From contig JACQUO010000024.1 of the NCBI GenBank assembly GCA_016210205.1, positions 29,105 to 93,104 on the forward strand: a stretch of 64,000 bases of DNA, written 5' to 3'. Position 1 is the stretch's first letter; every line of letters starts with the position of its first letter. The stretch is from Chloroflexota bacterium (lineage in GTDB: Bacteria > Chloroflexota > Dehalococcoidia > JACQUO01). Of this stretch, positions 1-7,990 are shown piece by piece. The position numbers and the translations under genes are program-made. The notes under the pieces are model-generated. The model was given only the letters and a program-made list of their open reading frames with translations, was not told where the DNA came from and did not search any database.

Positions 1-1097
1 GCGACCGGCCCTGGAACCGGAGCGCTTTCACCAACCCTCAAATCCGCAACAAGCTCAGCCTGACCCTGGACATCCGGCGTCCCGAGGGCAGGCGCATCTT
101 CGAGCGGCTGCTGAAGCTCAGCGACGTCCTCTTCGCCAACACCGTGACCGATACGGTGGAGGGCCTAAAGATAACCTACGAAGACCTAAAGGCCATCAAA
201 GAGGACATCATCGTGCTCCATGCCCCAGGGATGGGCCTGACAGGCCCCTACCGGAACTATCGCCTCCACGGCGCTACCCTGGAGGCGGCTACGGGCTTCA
301 CCGCGCTTCGGGGCTACGCCGATGTCCACCCCTCCCAGAATGCGTCCACCTATGTGGGCGACTTCGCGGCGGGCTCCCAGGGCGCCTTCGCGGTGCTGGC
401 GGCCCTCCACTACCGCAATCTCACGGGGCGGGGCCAGGGCATCGACCTTTCCCAGGGGGAGAACGCCCTCCATTACCTTGGCCCCGCCATCCTGGACTAC
501 ACCGCCAACGGACGCATACAGCAGCCCCAGGGCAACCACGACCCCCGGGCCGCCCCCCAGGGCTGCTATCCCTGCAAGGGCGGCGACCAGCGGGAGGGCT
601 TCGGCTCCTGGGTGGCCATCTCGGTTTTCTCCGATGACCAGTGGGGAGGCCTCTGCCGGGCCCTGGGCAATCCCGCCTGGGCCCAGGAGGAGCGGTTCTC
701 CGACTCCTGGGGCCGCGGGCAGCACCACGATGAGCTAGACCGCCTCCTCGGGGAGTGGACGGCCCAGCATGACCAGTATGCGGTGATGCACCTGCTCCAA
801 GCCCAGGGCGTCCCCGCGGGGCCGGTCCTCAGCGTCAAGGACGCCTTCGCCGACCCGCACCTGCGGGACCGGGGCTTCTTCGAGAGCGTCACCCAGGAGG
901 ACTGCGGCACCCACCTCTACCCGGGGATGCTCTTCAAGCTCTCTAAGACCCCCCTCAGCATCCGCACGCCCCCGGTGCGACTGGGGGAGCACAACGAGTA
1001 TGTCTATAAAGAGCTCTTGGGGCTCACCGCCGAGGAATACGTCGAGCTGGAACGGGAGGGGCACATCGGGATGGACTACCCACCCCACCTTCGGTAA
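1..1097 (+). CDS. CoA-transferase family III (CaiB/BaiF-like), 5' end cut by window edge
   Basis: Frame 3 is open from the window edge. It reads DRPWNRSAFTNPQIRNKLSLTLDIRRPEGRRIFERLLKLSDVLFAN and runs into ORF 144..1097. The NKxSxxLDxxxxEG...DVxxxN pattern and the overall layout fit family III CoA-transferases. Confidence 0.8.
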   Translation, partial: DRPWNRSAFTNPQIRNKLSLTLDIRRPEGRRIFERLLKLSDVLFANTVTDTVEGLKITYEDLKAIKEDIIVLHAPGMGLTGPYRNYRLHGATLEAATGFTALRGYADVHPSQNASTYVGDFAAGSQGAFAVLAALHYRNLTGRGQGIDLSQGENALHYLGPAILDYTANGRIQQPQGNHDPRAAPQGCYPCKGGDQREGFGSWVAISVFSDDQWGGLCRALGNPAWAQEERFSDSWGRGQHHDELDRLLGEWTAQHDQYAVMHLLQAQGVPAGPVLSVKDAFADPHLRDRGFFESVTQEDCGTHLYPGMLFKLSKTPLSIRTPPVRLGEHNEYVYKELLGLTAEEYVELEREGHIGMDYPPHLR

Positions 1098-1192
1098 GGG
1101 CATGGGGACGACCCCAGGCGGCAGAGGGCGGGCCTTTTTCTCCGGGCGCAGACGGTTTTGAAATGGAAAACCTCAGCTGAAGGGAGGGCAGC

Positions 1193-1315
1193 TTGGGAAA
1201 CCTGAAGGATAAATACTGCATCGTCGGCGTGGGGGAGACGGAGTACTCCCGGAACTCCGGCCGGACCCAGCGTGCCCTGGGGGTGGCGGCGCTACGGGCG
1301 GCCATGGGGTCTTGA
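1193..1315 (+). pseudogene. N-terminal remnant (40 codons) of a thiolase/SCP-x-like acetyltransferase
   Basis: TTG at 1193 follows a GAAGGGAGGG Shine-Dalgarno. Translation is MGNLKDKYCIVGVGETEYSRNSGRTQRALGVAALRAAMGS, then TGA at 1313-1315. The IVGVGET..SR.SGR motif is the conserved N-terminus of thiolase-like proteins that are normally several hundred aa long. Confidence 0.5.
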
Positions 1316-1464
1316 CAAAGGGGGAAGCCGACGCTGAAAATGAACTCAGGCCCAAGCCCCGGGGGCTGCTGCTACTGCTGCTGAGGCCGCGGGGCCGCTA
1401 CCGCCGCCGCTGGGTCAAGGCCATGTTAGAGCCCAAGCCTAGCTAGCCGGGCCAGGTAAAACCA

Positions 1465-1517
1465 AAGGGGAGAAGAGCCGAGGACCCCTGCAGTTGGGGG
1501 TTGGCTCTTCTCCCCTT
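1465..1517 (-). terminator. Intrinsic terminator hairpin downstream of tRNA-Gly
   Basis: Perfect 15-bp inverted repeat AAGGGGAGAAGAGCC (1465-1479) / GGCTCTTCTCCCCTT (1503-1517). On the minus strand the stem is followed by TTTGGTTTTAC. Confidence 0.5.
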
Positions 1518-1737
1518 TCCTGTTGGGGTCTCGGCCCTCCCAGAGTACCCGAGGTAAAGAGCCTGCCTTGAGCGGGGCAAAAAGATGAGTCATGGGAGGG
1601 GAGCCTGGGCCTCTTGCATCTGGAACCCTCCACGAGAGACCCAGGTCCGGGCCAAGCGGGCCGGGGAGCCTTGCGACGCGGCCCATCTGCCCGCGGGCGG
1701 CCGCTGGCTGGGGGTACGGGGGTAGGGGGGAGATAAC

Positions 1738-1813
1738 TGGAGCGGGAGACGGGACTCGAACCCGCGACAACCTGCTTGGAAGGCAGGAACTCTACCAACT
1801 GAGTTACTCCCGC
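1738..1813 (-). tRNA. tRNA-Gly (anticodon UCC), CCA encoded
   Basis: The reverse complement reads GCGGGAGTAACTCAGTTGGTAGAGTTCCTGCCTTCCAAGCAGGTTGTCGCGGGTTCGAGTCCCGTCTCCCGCTCCA. The cloverleaf is readable and the anticodon loop is CTTCCAA. Confidence 0.93.
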
Positions 1814-1879
1814 TCGGCCCTCCGCCACAGAACTTATAGCACACCCACCCCAGCCTGCCCCAACTACGCCGCCCGCCAG

Positions 1880-1975
1880 CAGGGGTGCAGGGCTCACCCT
1901 GCCGAGGGTATGGGGGTGTCCCCCATATCCCTTTATCCCTCCCCCCTTCCTGGCAGGAAGGGGGCCAGGGGGATG
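1880..1975 (-). repeat. Three-hairpin intergenic repeat (family 1), reverse orientation
   Basis: ATGGGGGTGTCCCCCAT palindrome at 1910-1926. CCCCCTTCCT/AGGAAGGGGG hairpin at 1942-1964, followed by CCAGGGGGATGG. GCAGGG/CCCTGC hairpin at 1887-1902. The modules match the copies at 18.8, 33.3, 41.6 and 47.1 kb. Confidence 0.7.
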
Positions 1976-2053
1976 GTCGCAGGGGCTTTGGACTTTGCCC
2001 ACCCCCAGGTGCTAAGATAGCAGCATCCGCGTACCACCCTAGAAAGAGCAGCT

Positions 2054-3256
2054 ATGGACATCGCCGCCGTCCGCCGCCAAATCCCCGCCCTCGCGAGAAC
2101 CCTCTACTTCAACACCGGCTGGTCCGGCCCCAGCCCCACCCCGGTGCTGGAGGCCATCAAAGCTCAGTTGGACTACGAGAACAACTATGGCCCCACGGCC
2201 AGGCCCGTGCTGGACGCCCGCCGCCAACTCACGGAGCGCACCCGCCAGGCGGTGGCGGGGCTCATCGGGGCCACGCCCCAGGAGATAACCCTGACCCAGA
2301 ACACCACCGAGGGGCTCAATCTCGTCCTGGGGGGCCTGACCTGGCGGCCCGGCGACGAGGTGGTCACCACCAATTTAGAGCACTCCTCCGGCATCGTGCC
2401 CCTCTACTATCTGCGGCGGCGGAAGCGGGTCAGGGTGCGCATTGCCGACCTTCGCGGCGCCGAGACCCCGGCCGCCGTCCTGGAGCGCCTCGAGGCGGCC
2501 CTCACCCCGCGGACGCGCCTCCTCTGCCTGAGCCATGTCATGTACACCACCGGCCTCCTGCTGCCGGCCCGGGAAATCCAGGAGCTGGCCCGGAGCCGGG
2601 GCGTACCGGTGCTCTGGGACGCCGCCCAGTCCGTGGGCCACCTGCCCGTGAATATGAAGGAGCTGGGCTGCGACTACTACGCCCTCCCCGGCCACAAGTG
2701 GCTCCTGGGCCCCGACGGCACGGGGGCGCTCTTCGTGCGCCGCGACCTGATTCCCCAGCTCCAACCCCCCAAGGTGGGGGGCCGGGCCGCCGCCGCCTAC
2801 GACTTTTTGGGGCACATGACCCCCAACACCCAGGAGATAACCAAGTTCGAGCTCACCACCACCAGCGGCCCCCTGTGGGCCGGGATGGTGGCCGCCATCG
2901 AGTTCCTCCAAAACTTGGGCACGGAGAACACCTGGAAGCGGGTGCGGGCCCTCTCGGAGCTGGCGGTGGCCAAGCTCGCGGAGGCGCCGGGGGTGAGCAT
3001 CGTCTCGCCGCGGCATCCGAAGCTGGCCACGGGGCTGGTGACCTTCGCTCTGGAGGGGGCCGGGCCTCAGCCCCGGAAGCCAGGGGTATCCCCCTGGGAG
3101 CAGCCCCACCCCCTGGTGAGCCACCTCTGGGAGCGGGGCCAGATAGTGGCCCGCTGGGTGGGGGAGACGCCAGGGGTGCGCCTCTCGGTGGAGTTTTTCA
3201 ACACCGAGGCGGAGCTGGACCGGGTGGTGGAGTGCGTGATGAGCTTCCCCCGCTGA
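2054..3256 (+). CDS. Class-V aminotransferase (cysteine desulfurase / selenocysteine lyase-like)
   Basis: 400-aa ORF. It shows the class-V fold-type I pattern: NTTEGLNLV, TNLEHSS, and GHKWLLGPDGTGALFVRRD, where K is the likely PLP lysine. Confidence 0.75.
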   Translation: MDIAAVRRQIPALARTLYFNTGWSGPSPTPVLEAIKAQLDYENNYGPTARPVLDARRQLTERTRQAVAGLIGATPQEITLTQNTTEGLNLVLGGLTWRPGDEVVTTNLEHSSGIVPLYYLRRRKRVRVRIADLRGAETPAAVLERLEAALTPRTRLLCLSHVMYTTGLLLPAREIQELARSRGVPVLWDAAQSVGHLPVNMKELGCDYYALPGHKWLLGPDGTGALFVRRDLIPQLQPPKVGGRAAAAYDFLGHMTPNTQEITKFELTTTSGPLWAGMVAAIEFLQNLGTENTWKRVRALSELAVAKLAEAPGVSIVSPRHPKLATGLVTFALEGAGPQPRKPGVSPWEQPHPLVSHLWERGQIVARWVGETPGVRLSVEFFNTEAELDRVVECVMSFPR

Positions 3257-3321
3257 GCTAAGAGGACGGCGAGCACATAGATTTCAGCTGAAATAGTGCT
3301 CAACATCGCCGAGAATCTGTC

Positions 3322-4140
3322 ATGAACCCAAAACTCATCCTGCTGATGGCGGTGCTCCTGGCCGGGGCGCTATCCTTCTCGTCGCTCATCCTCCCGGGCC
3401 CCGCCGCCAGCCTTTACACCGCCATCATGCAGCCCCTCACCCTCTTTTTGGGGTTCGCCCTGGCCCTCAGGGTCGCCTTCCGTTATAAAAAGGACCTCAA
3501 AAAGTCCTTCTTGTTCTTATCCCTCTTCCTGCTCCTGTATGCGCTAGCCAACATTCATATCTTGTGGGTGTTCCTGTATGCCTCTCTGGGGAGCCTCACC
3601 ACCACCATCATCCTCCTCCTTCAGGTCACGGACTACGCCATGCTGCTGGCCTCCTGCGTCTACACCTTGCGGGTCATCGAAGTCAAGGCGCTGAACCGGT
3701 ATGGCTGGGCCTTGCTGGGCCTGGTCTTCGCCCTGGGCGTCTATGTCGTGGCCTACGAGGCGCCCGCCCTGGAGAGCCTCTCCGCCATCCCGCTGGTGGC
3801 GCTCTCGCGGCTCATGATTAGGGTGGTGGACATGGCGGTGGTGCTGATGCTGATACCGGTGCTCCTCCTCTACCTTCAGCACTCGCGGGCCAAAGCCCAG
3901 GAGAGCGTCACCTTCGCCTTCATCATGGGCGGCCTCATCCTCAGCATCACCTCCACCTACATCCTCCAGCTGGTCTTGGGGGTATCCCTGGACACCATGG
4001 CCCGCGAGTATTTCCAGAAGGGCTCCCTGCTGGATGCCATCTATATCTTCGGCTATCTGCTCATAGCCGCCGGTCTCTACGCCCACAGCAAATACGACGA
4101 GTGGGGATTTAAGGCGGTGGAGAGGGCACTGCTGGGGTGA
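3322..4140 (+). CDS. Polytopic membrane protein, unknown function
   Basis: 272-aa ORF with about 7-8 hydrophobic segments and good codon bias. It ends 4 nt before the next ORF. Confidence 0.6.
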   Translation: MNPKLILLMAVLLAGALSFSSLILPGPAASLYTAIMQPLTLFLGFALALRVAFRYKKDLKKSFLFLSLFLLLYALANIHILWVFLYASLGSLTTTIILLLQVTDYAMLLASCVYTLRVIEVKALNRYGWALLGLVFALGVYVVAYEAPALESLSAIPLVALSRLMIRVVDMAVVLMLIPVLLLYLQHSRAKAQESVTFAFIMGGLILSITSTYILQLVLGVSLDTMAREYFQKGSLLDAIYIFGYLLIAAGLYAHSKYDEWGFKAVERALLG

Positions 4141-4144
4141 AGTT

Positions 4145-5245
4145 ATGAGCGGGGATATGGAAAAGCTCATCGACGAGGTCTGGAGCCTCGCCCTGCAGAG
4201 AATCTCCAAGAAGGAGCCGCCCACCGCCCGACCCTCCCTGGGCGATGACATCGACCTGTATGTCCCCCAGACGCGCGCCCTCCTGCTCATGGAGGCCAAC
4301 CCCGCCGTTGCCTCCCTGATATACCACGCCTCCTACGAGGCAGCCAACCGCAATGCCTATGTCATCTTAAGGAAGCTGGGCATGCCCGCGGACTATTTCT
4401 GGAAGTTCGAGTACTGGCCCCAGGAGCGCGCCTTCGAGGCCCTGGGGAAAGTGCTAAACCGGGTGTTCGCGGCCATGCTGGGGCAGAGTAAGGAAGGACG
4501 GCTGGAGCTGGTGGAGGTGAACGCGGAGCGGCTGCGGTTCACCGTCGCCTTTGCGGATTGCGCCGAATGCGCCGGCGTGACGGCGGGGCGAGGCCTTTGC
4601 TGCTTTCATGCCGCCATGTTCGCGGGGATAATCGCCGCCGCCATGAATAAGGATATGGATGGCTTCGAGACGGCCTGCTCCGCCCAGGGGGATGCCACCT
4701 GCACCTTCCTCATCGGCAAGCGGGACGAGCCCGAGATAGGGGTTGGGGTCAGCGACTATCTGGCGCCGAAAGCCCTGGAGCTTATAATGGCTGATAGGTT
4801 GAATCGCTGCCTCCAGGGACACCCCCTGCGCAGCCTGGGCAACCTGGTGAACATCGGGTACTATCAGGCCCTGGTCACCAACTGTGTCATCACCAACCCC
4901 AAGCTCTTCTCCATGTCCAGCTTCAATGTGGGTGTGGAGTGCGGGGCCAAAACCGCCGCAGTCATCACGGAATTCTACCAGGAACACCAGGTAGAGGTCA
5001 TAAAGCGCTACTACGGCCAGCTGCGCCATCTGGATGTCAGGGCCATCGCGGTGGGGGACAATGTGGATATCGTCCTGGGGGAGTGCGCCGAGGTGGCCGC
5101 AACCCTGAAGAGCAAGGAGCTTCTGGGCTTTCTCTTCGGCGAGCTTCAGGGGCTGGTATCCCACCTGATAAACCGCAGGATGGTCTATACCGAAAGCTGG
5201 TTTGAGGACACCGCTCTCAGGGTGAGGCTGTCACCACAGGTCTGA
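4145..5245 (+). CDS. V4R-domain protein (one Cys-containing V4R-like module plus a second Cys-poor module)
   Basis: FADCAECAGVTAGRGLCCFHAAMFAGIIAAAM...ETACSAQGDATCTFLI fits the V4R (4-vinyl reductase) C-x2-C...C...C-x-G-x3-C pattern. The C-terminal half resembles it (LGECAEV...) but lacks the cysteines. Confidence 0.55.
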   Translation: MSGDMEKLIDEVWSLALQRISKKEPPTARPSLGDDIDLYVPQTRALLLMEANPAVASLIYHASYEAANRNAYVILRKLGMPADYFWKFEYWPQERAFEALGKVLNRVFAAMLGQSKEGRLELVEVNAERLRFTVAFADCAECAGVTAGRGLCCFHAAMFAGIIAAAMNKDMDGFETACSAQGDATCTFLIGKRDEPEIGVGVSDYLAPKALELIMADRLNRCLQGHPLRSLGNLVNIGYYQALVTNCVITNPKLFSMSSFNVGVECGAKTAAVITEFYQEHQVEVIKRYYGQLRHLDVRAIAVGDNVDIVLGECAEVAATLKSKELLGFLFGELQGLVSHLINRRMVYTESWFEDTALRVRLSPQV

Positions 5246-6610
5246 GGTGTCTATACCGCCCTCTTCCTTCTCGGCGGCCCCATGTTTCCGCCGGCTCCCT
5301 TCCACCTCTTTTTTGGCGTACTCAATCTCCCCCAAGAGCTCCCGGTCCCCGGCGCCCACCTCCCGCTCCATCCTGACCAGGGACTCCACCACATAGCCGG
5401 TAGCGTCCACCCCATTCTGGGCCCCCAAGGTGCCCATGTGGTAGAAGGCCTGAATGGAGCGATGCGCCTCATCCCGGAACTTATGGGAAATAGCAGCCCG
5501 CCCTATCTCCTCCATCAGGACGCTCCATTTCCGAATCAAAGCGCGCTCCTGCTTCGCCACCGCCATCTCGGTGAGCCCCGCCAGGGAGCCGATGAGGTGC
5601 CGGATGAGCCGACGCTTGTCCGCAGGGAACAGGTGCGCCGCAAGCTCGCCGCAGATGTCAAAAATCCGGCTGGTTGGCGCCTCGGGAAGGGGGGAGCGAA
5701 GAATCCGCTCCAGGGAATCTATCATCTGCTCCACTGCGACATCGTAATCACCCTTGAGGGCACCCAGTCCCAGGGTGTTGATGTCCTCGATGACCACCTG
5801 ACGGGCCTCAACCGAGGCGAGGGAGCCCCCTATCTCCCCCAGGATGGCCAGCACCTGCGCCATGGAATCGTCATCCCCCTCGATGATGGCCTGTCTCCCC
5901 AGCCGCAGGAGATAGCTCAGAAAATACGGGCTGAGCCAGGCCTCATTTTCCGCTTTAACCCATCTCTGACAGCAGGCGTGCAGGTCCTCCAGAGCCACCC
6001 GCACGGTGGCGCGGTCGCCCCGCTCCAGGCATTTCTCTATCACCTCCACCGCCAGCAGCAGGCGGTCCACCTTACTGGGGATTTGCCCTTTGCCCCGGCG
6101 GAGGGCGGGTTCGATGGTGGAAATATACTTTCTGTCCACCGACCTCAGTATTCTGCCGATGGTCAAGTCCGGCCGCAGGTAAGCCACGGTGATGACCACA
6201 TGGGGAACAAGCATAATGAAGCAAAGACTTTGCAGCAGCACAGAGACATCCGCCCATAAGGGGTTCACCGGCCTCGTCAGGGAGGCGGTCAAATAGAGGT
6301 CGTAGAGGATGGTCGCCAGATAGACGCCAATCATGGACCAGACCATGAAGCTTCGGATATAGGTGGTCATGACCCGGTGGGTGTATTCCTGGGAGGCGAA
6401 CTGAATGGTCATAATGCTGATAGAGATGACCATGGTCAGGATGAAAAGCACCCCGCCGATGCCCGAGTTGATGAGGAGGTTGAGGGAGATGTCGAACTCG
6501 CCCGTGGCCAGGAAGGAGGGGAGGATGCCCCCAACCCGCAGGCCGATGAGCGCCCCAAAGATGGCAATCAGGGTCAGGGGCAAGACCTTTTCCAGATGCT
6601 CCGGCTTCAT
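5231..6610 (-). CDS. Membrane protein, DUF2254-like
   Basis: 459 aa. The N-terminal part has about 4 TM segments with TIQFASQEYTHRV, resembling the QQ.S.QFSPR motif of DUF2254. A large soluble helical C-terminal domain follows. Confidence 0.5.
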   Translation of the reverse strand: MKPEHLEKVLPLTLIAIFGALIGLRVGGILPSFLATGEFDISLNLLINSGIGGVLFILTMVISISIMTIQFASQEYTHRVMTTYIRSFMVWSMIGVYLATILYDLYLTASLTRPVNPLWADVSVLLQSLCFIMLVPHVVITVAYLRPDLTIGRILRSVDRKYISTIEPALRRGKGQIPSKVDRLLLAVEVIEKCLERGDRATVRVALEDLHACCQRWVKAENEAWLSPYFLSYLLRLGRQAIIEGDDDSMAQVLAILGEIGGSLASVEARQVVIEDINTLGLGALKGDYDVAVEQMIDSLERILRSPLPEAPTSRIFDICGELAAHLFPADKRRLIRHLIGSLAGLTEMAVAKQERALIRKWSVLMEEIGRAAISHKFRDEAHRSIQAFYHMGTLGAQNGVDATGYVVESLVRMEREVGAGDRELLGEIEYAKKEVEGSRRKHGAAEKEEGGIDTSDLW

Positions 6611-6698
6611 GATGGCCTAAATCCTAAGCAAATTCCCCAGGCCCGCAGTGGCTCCAACCGAGGTGCCTCAAGGTCGCAGCCCCCCAAGGAGATGCAAC

Positions 6699-6772
6699 TC
6701 GGGGTGGGCGGACTCGAACCGCCGGCCTCATGGTCCCAAACCATGCGCGCTACCAACTGCGCTACACCCCGC
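6699..6772 (-). tRNA. tRNA-Pro (anticodon UGG)
   Basis: The reverse complement reads CGGGGTGTAGCGCAGTTGGTAGCGCGCATGGTTTGGGACCATGAGGCCGGCGGTTCGAGTCCGCCCACCCCGA. The anticodon loop is TTTGGGA. End coordinates are accurate to about 1-2 nt. Confidence 0.9.
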
Positions 6773-6845
6773 CGCGCCCAGTATATCCTCAGGCTATCGA
6801 GGGACGCAAGGCGAAGAGCCTCAGGCTAAGGACGGAGCCGCCGGC

Positions 6846-7430
6846 CTACCCCGGAAGCAGGTATAAGATGGTGAAGAGACCCAGCCAGACGGCGTCCACG
6901 AAGTGCCAGTAGAGGCTGCCCGCCTCCACAGCGGTATGATGGGACGGGCTGAACTGGCCCAAGAGACTCCGGGCCAGGAGCACCAGGAGGAAGACGACCC
7001 CGCCCAGGACATGGGCGCCGTGGAACCCGACGAGGACGAAGAAGGTGGCCCCATAAACCCCCGACTGGGGGGTGAAGCCCAGGGTGGCGAACTCCCGGCC
7101 CTGGCCCAGGAGGAAGAGGCCCCCCAGGAGCGCGGTGAGGGCCAGCCCCGCCACCAGGCCCCGACTGTCCCCCCCCCGGATGGAGGCTACGGCCCACTGC
7201 AGGGTGGCGCTGCTGGTGAGGAGAATCACCGTCAGCGCCAAAGGCAAAGGGATGGCCTCCAGCTGCCCGCCCGTCGGGGGCGCCCAATGGCCGCCATGAT
7301 GATGGCGGATGGTGAAGTAGGCGGCGAACAGCGCACCGAAGAGGACAGCCTCGGTGAGGATGAAAAGCCCCACCCCCAAAAGGGCGTAGCGCCCGCCTGC
7401 CTCCTGGTGGACCCGGCTTTCGGCAGCCAT
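6846..7430 (-). CDS. ctaE: Heme-copper (cytochrome c) oxidase subunit III
   Basis: 194 aa. FILTEAVLFGALFAAYF, GFHGAHVLGGVVFL and AVEAGSLYWHFVDAVWLGLF are hallmark subunit III helices. Confidence 0.85.
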   Translation of the reverse strand: MAAESRVHQEAGGRYALLGVGLFILTEAVLFGALFAAYFTIRHHHGGHWAPPTGGQLEAIPLPLALTVILLTSSATLQWAVASIRGGDSRGLVAGLALTALLGGLFLLGQGREFATLGFTPQSGVYGATFFVLVGFHGAHVLGGVVFLLVLLARSLLGQFSPSHHTAVEAGSLYWHFVDAVWLGLFTILYLLPG

Positions 7431-7469
7431 AACCCTATCCTGCCCCTGGCCTTGAGTGGCTTTGGCCCA

Positions 7470-7712
7470 TCACGCTTTGGGAGACCTTTTGCTATCCTCG
7501 TAGAGCCAGAGGCCCAGGCCCGCCAGCAAGAGCACCACCCCCACTGCCAGGACCAGGCCCTGGAAGATGAGGCCAAAGGCCAGGGCCAGGGCCAGGGCCC
7601 CCAGGGCCAGGAGTAAGGGAGCGAAGCTCGGCTCTGGGACAGGGACACCCTTGGCCTCGGAGTGGTGGGCGGGTGGCCCTCCGGGTCGCCCCGCTTTTTT
7701 TGAACCTTCCAT
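7470..7712 (-). CDS. Small two-TM membrane protein (possible oxidase accessory subunit)
   Basis: 80-aa ORF immediately upstream of the subunit III gene on the same strand. It has two hydrophobic helices. No family was recognised. Confidence 0.4.
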   Translation of the reverse strand: MEGSKKAGRPGGPPAHHSEAKGVPVPEPSFAPLLLALGALALALAFGLIFQGLVLAVGVVLLLAGLGLWLYEDSKRSPKA

Positions 7713-7818
7713 GCCTCACCTTTTTTATAGTAATAGTATAGGAAGAGCCTCCATCAGCGAACTAACAGGAAAGTCCGCTGTCGCGGTTAGCTGGCAAATA
7801 AGAAGGGAAGCATGGCGG

Positions 7819-7894
7819 TGGTACCCCTGGAGCGACTCGAACGCTCGCCACCGGCTCCGGAGGCCGGTGCTCTATCCAACTGAGCTACAGGGGC
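7819..7894 (-). tRNA. tRNA-Arg (anticodon CCG), CCA encoded
   Basis: The reverse complement reads GCCCCTGTAGCTCAGTTGGATAGAGCACCGGCCTCCGGAGCCGGTGGCGAGCGTTCGAGTCGCTCCAGGGGTACCA. The anticodon loop is CTCCGGA. Confidence 0.92.
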
Positions 7895-7990
7895 CTGCCC
7901 CAAAATCATAGGCCGCTTTGCCTTTTTTAGCAAGGGCCTGGGGACAGCCTTCTATTTACTTACAGGCCGCGTCCCCCAAGCGCCCACGCC

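Noticed and set aside
1885-3261. 458-aa ORF overlapping the class-V aminotransferase gene in another frame
   Set aside because: Its Arg/Pro/Gly/His-rich composition is typical of an out-of-frame read of GC-rich coding DNA. The frame at 2054..3256 has clear PLP-enzyme motifs.
7470-7719. Alternative 75-aa ORF (7492..7719) overlapping the 80-aa small membrane protein
   Set aside because: Its Arg/Gly/Pro-rich composition lacks any hydrophobic segment. The 7470..7712 frame gives two clean TM helices.
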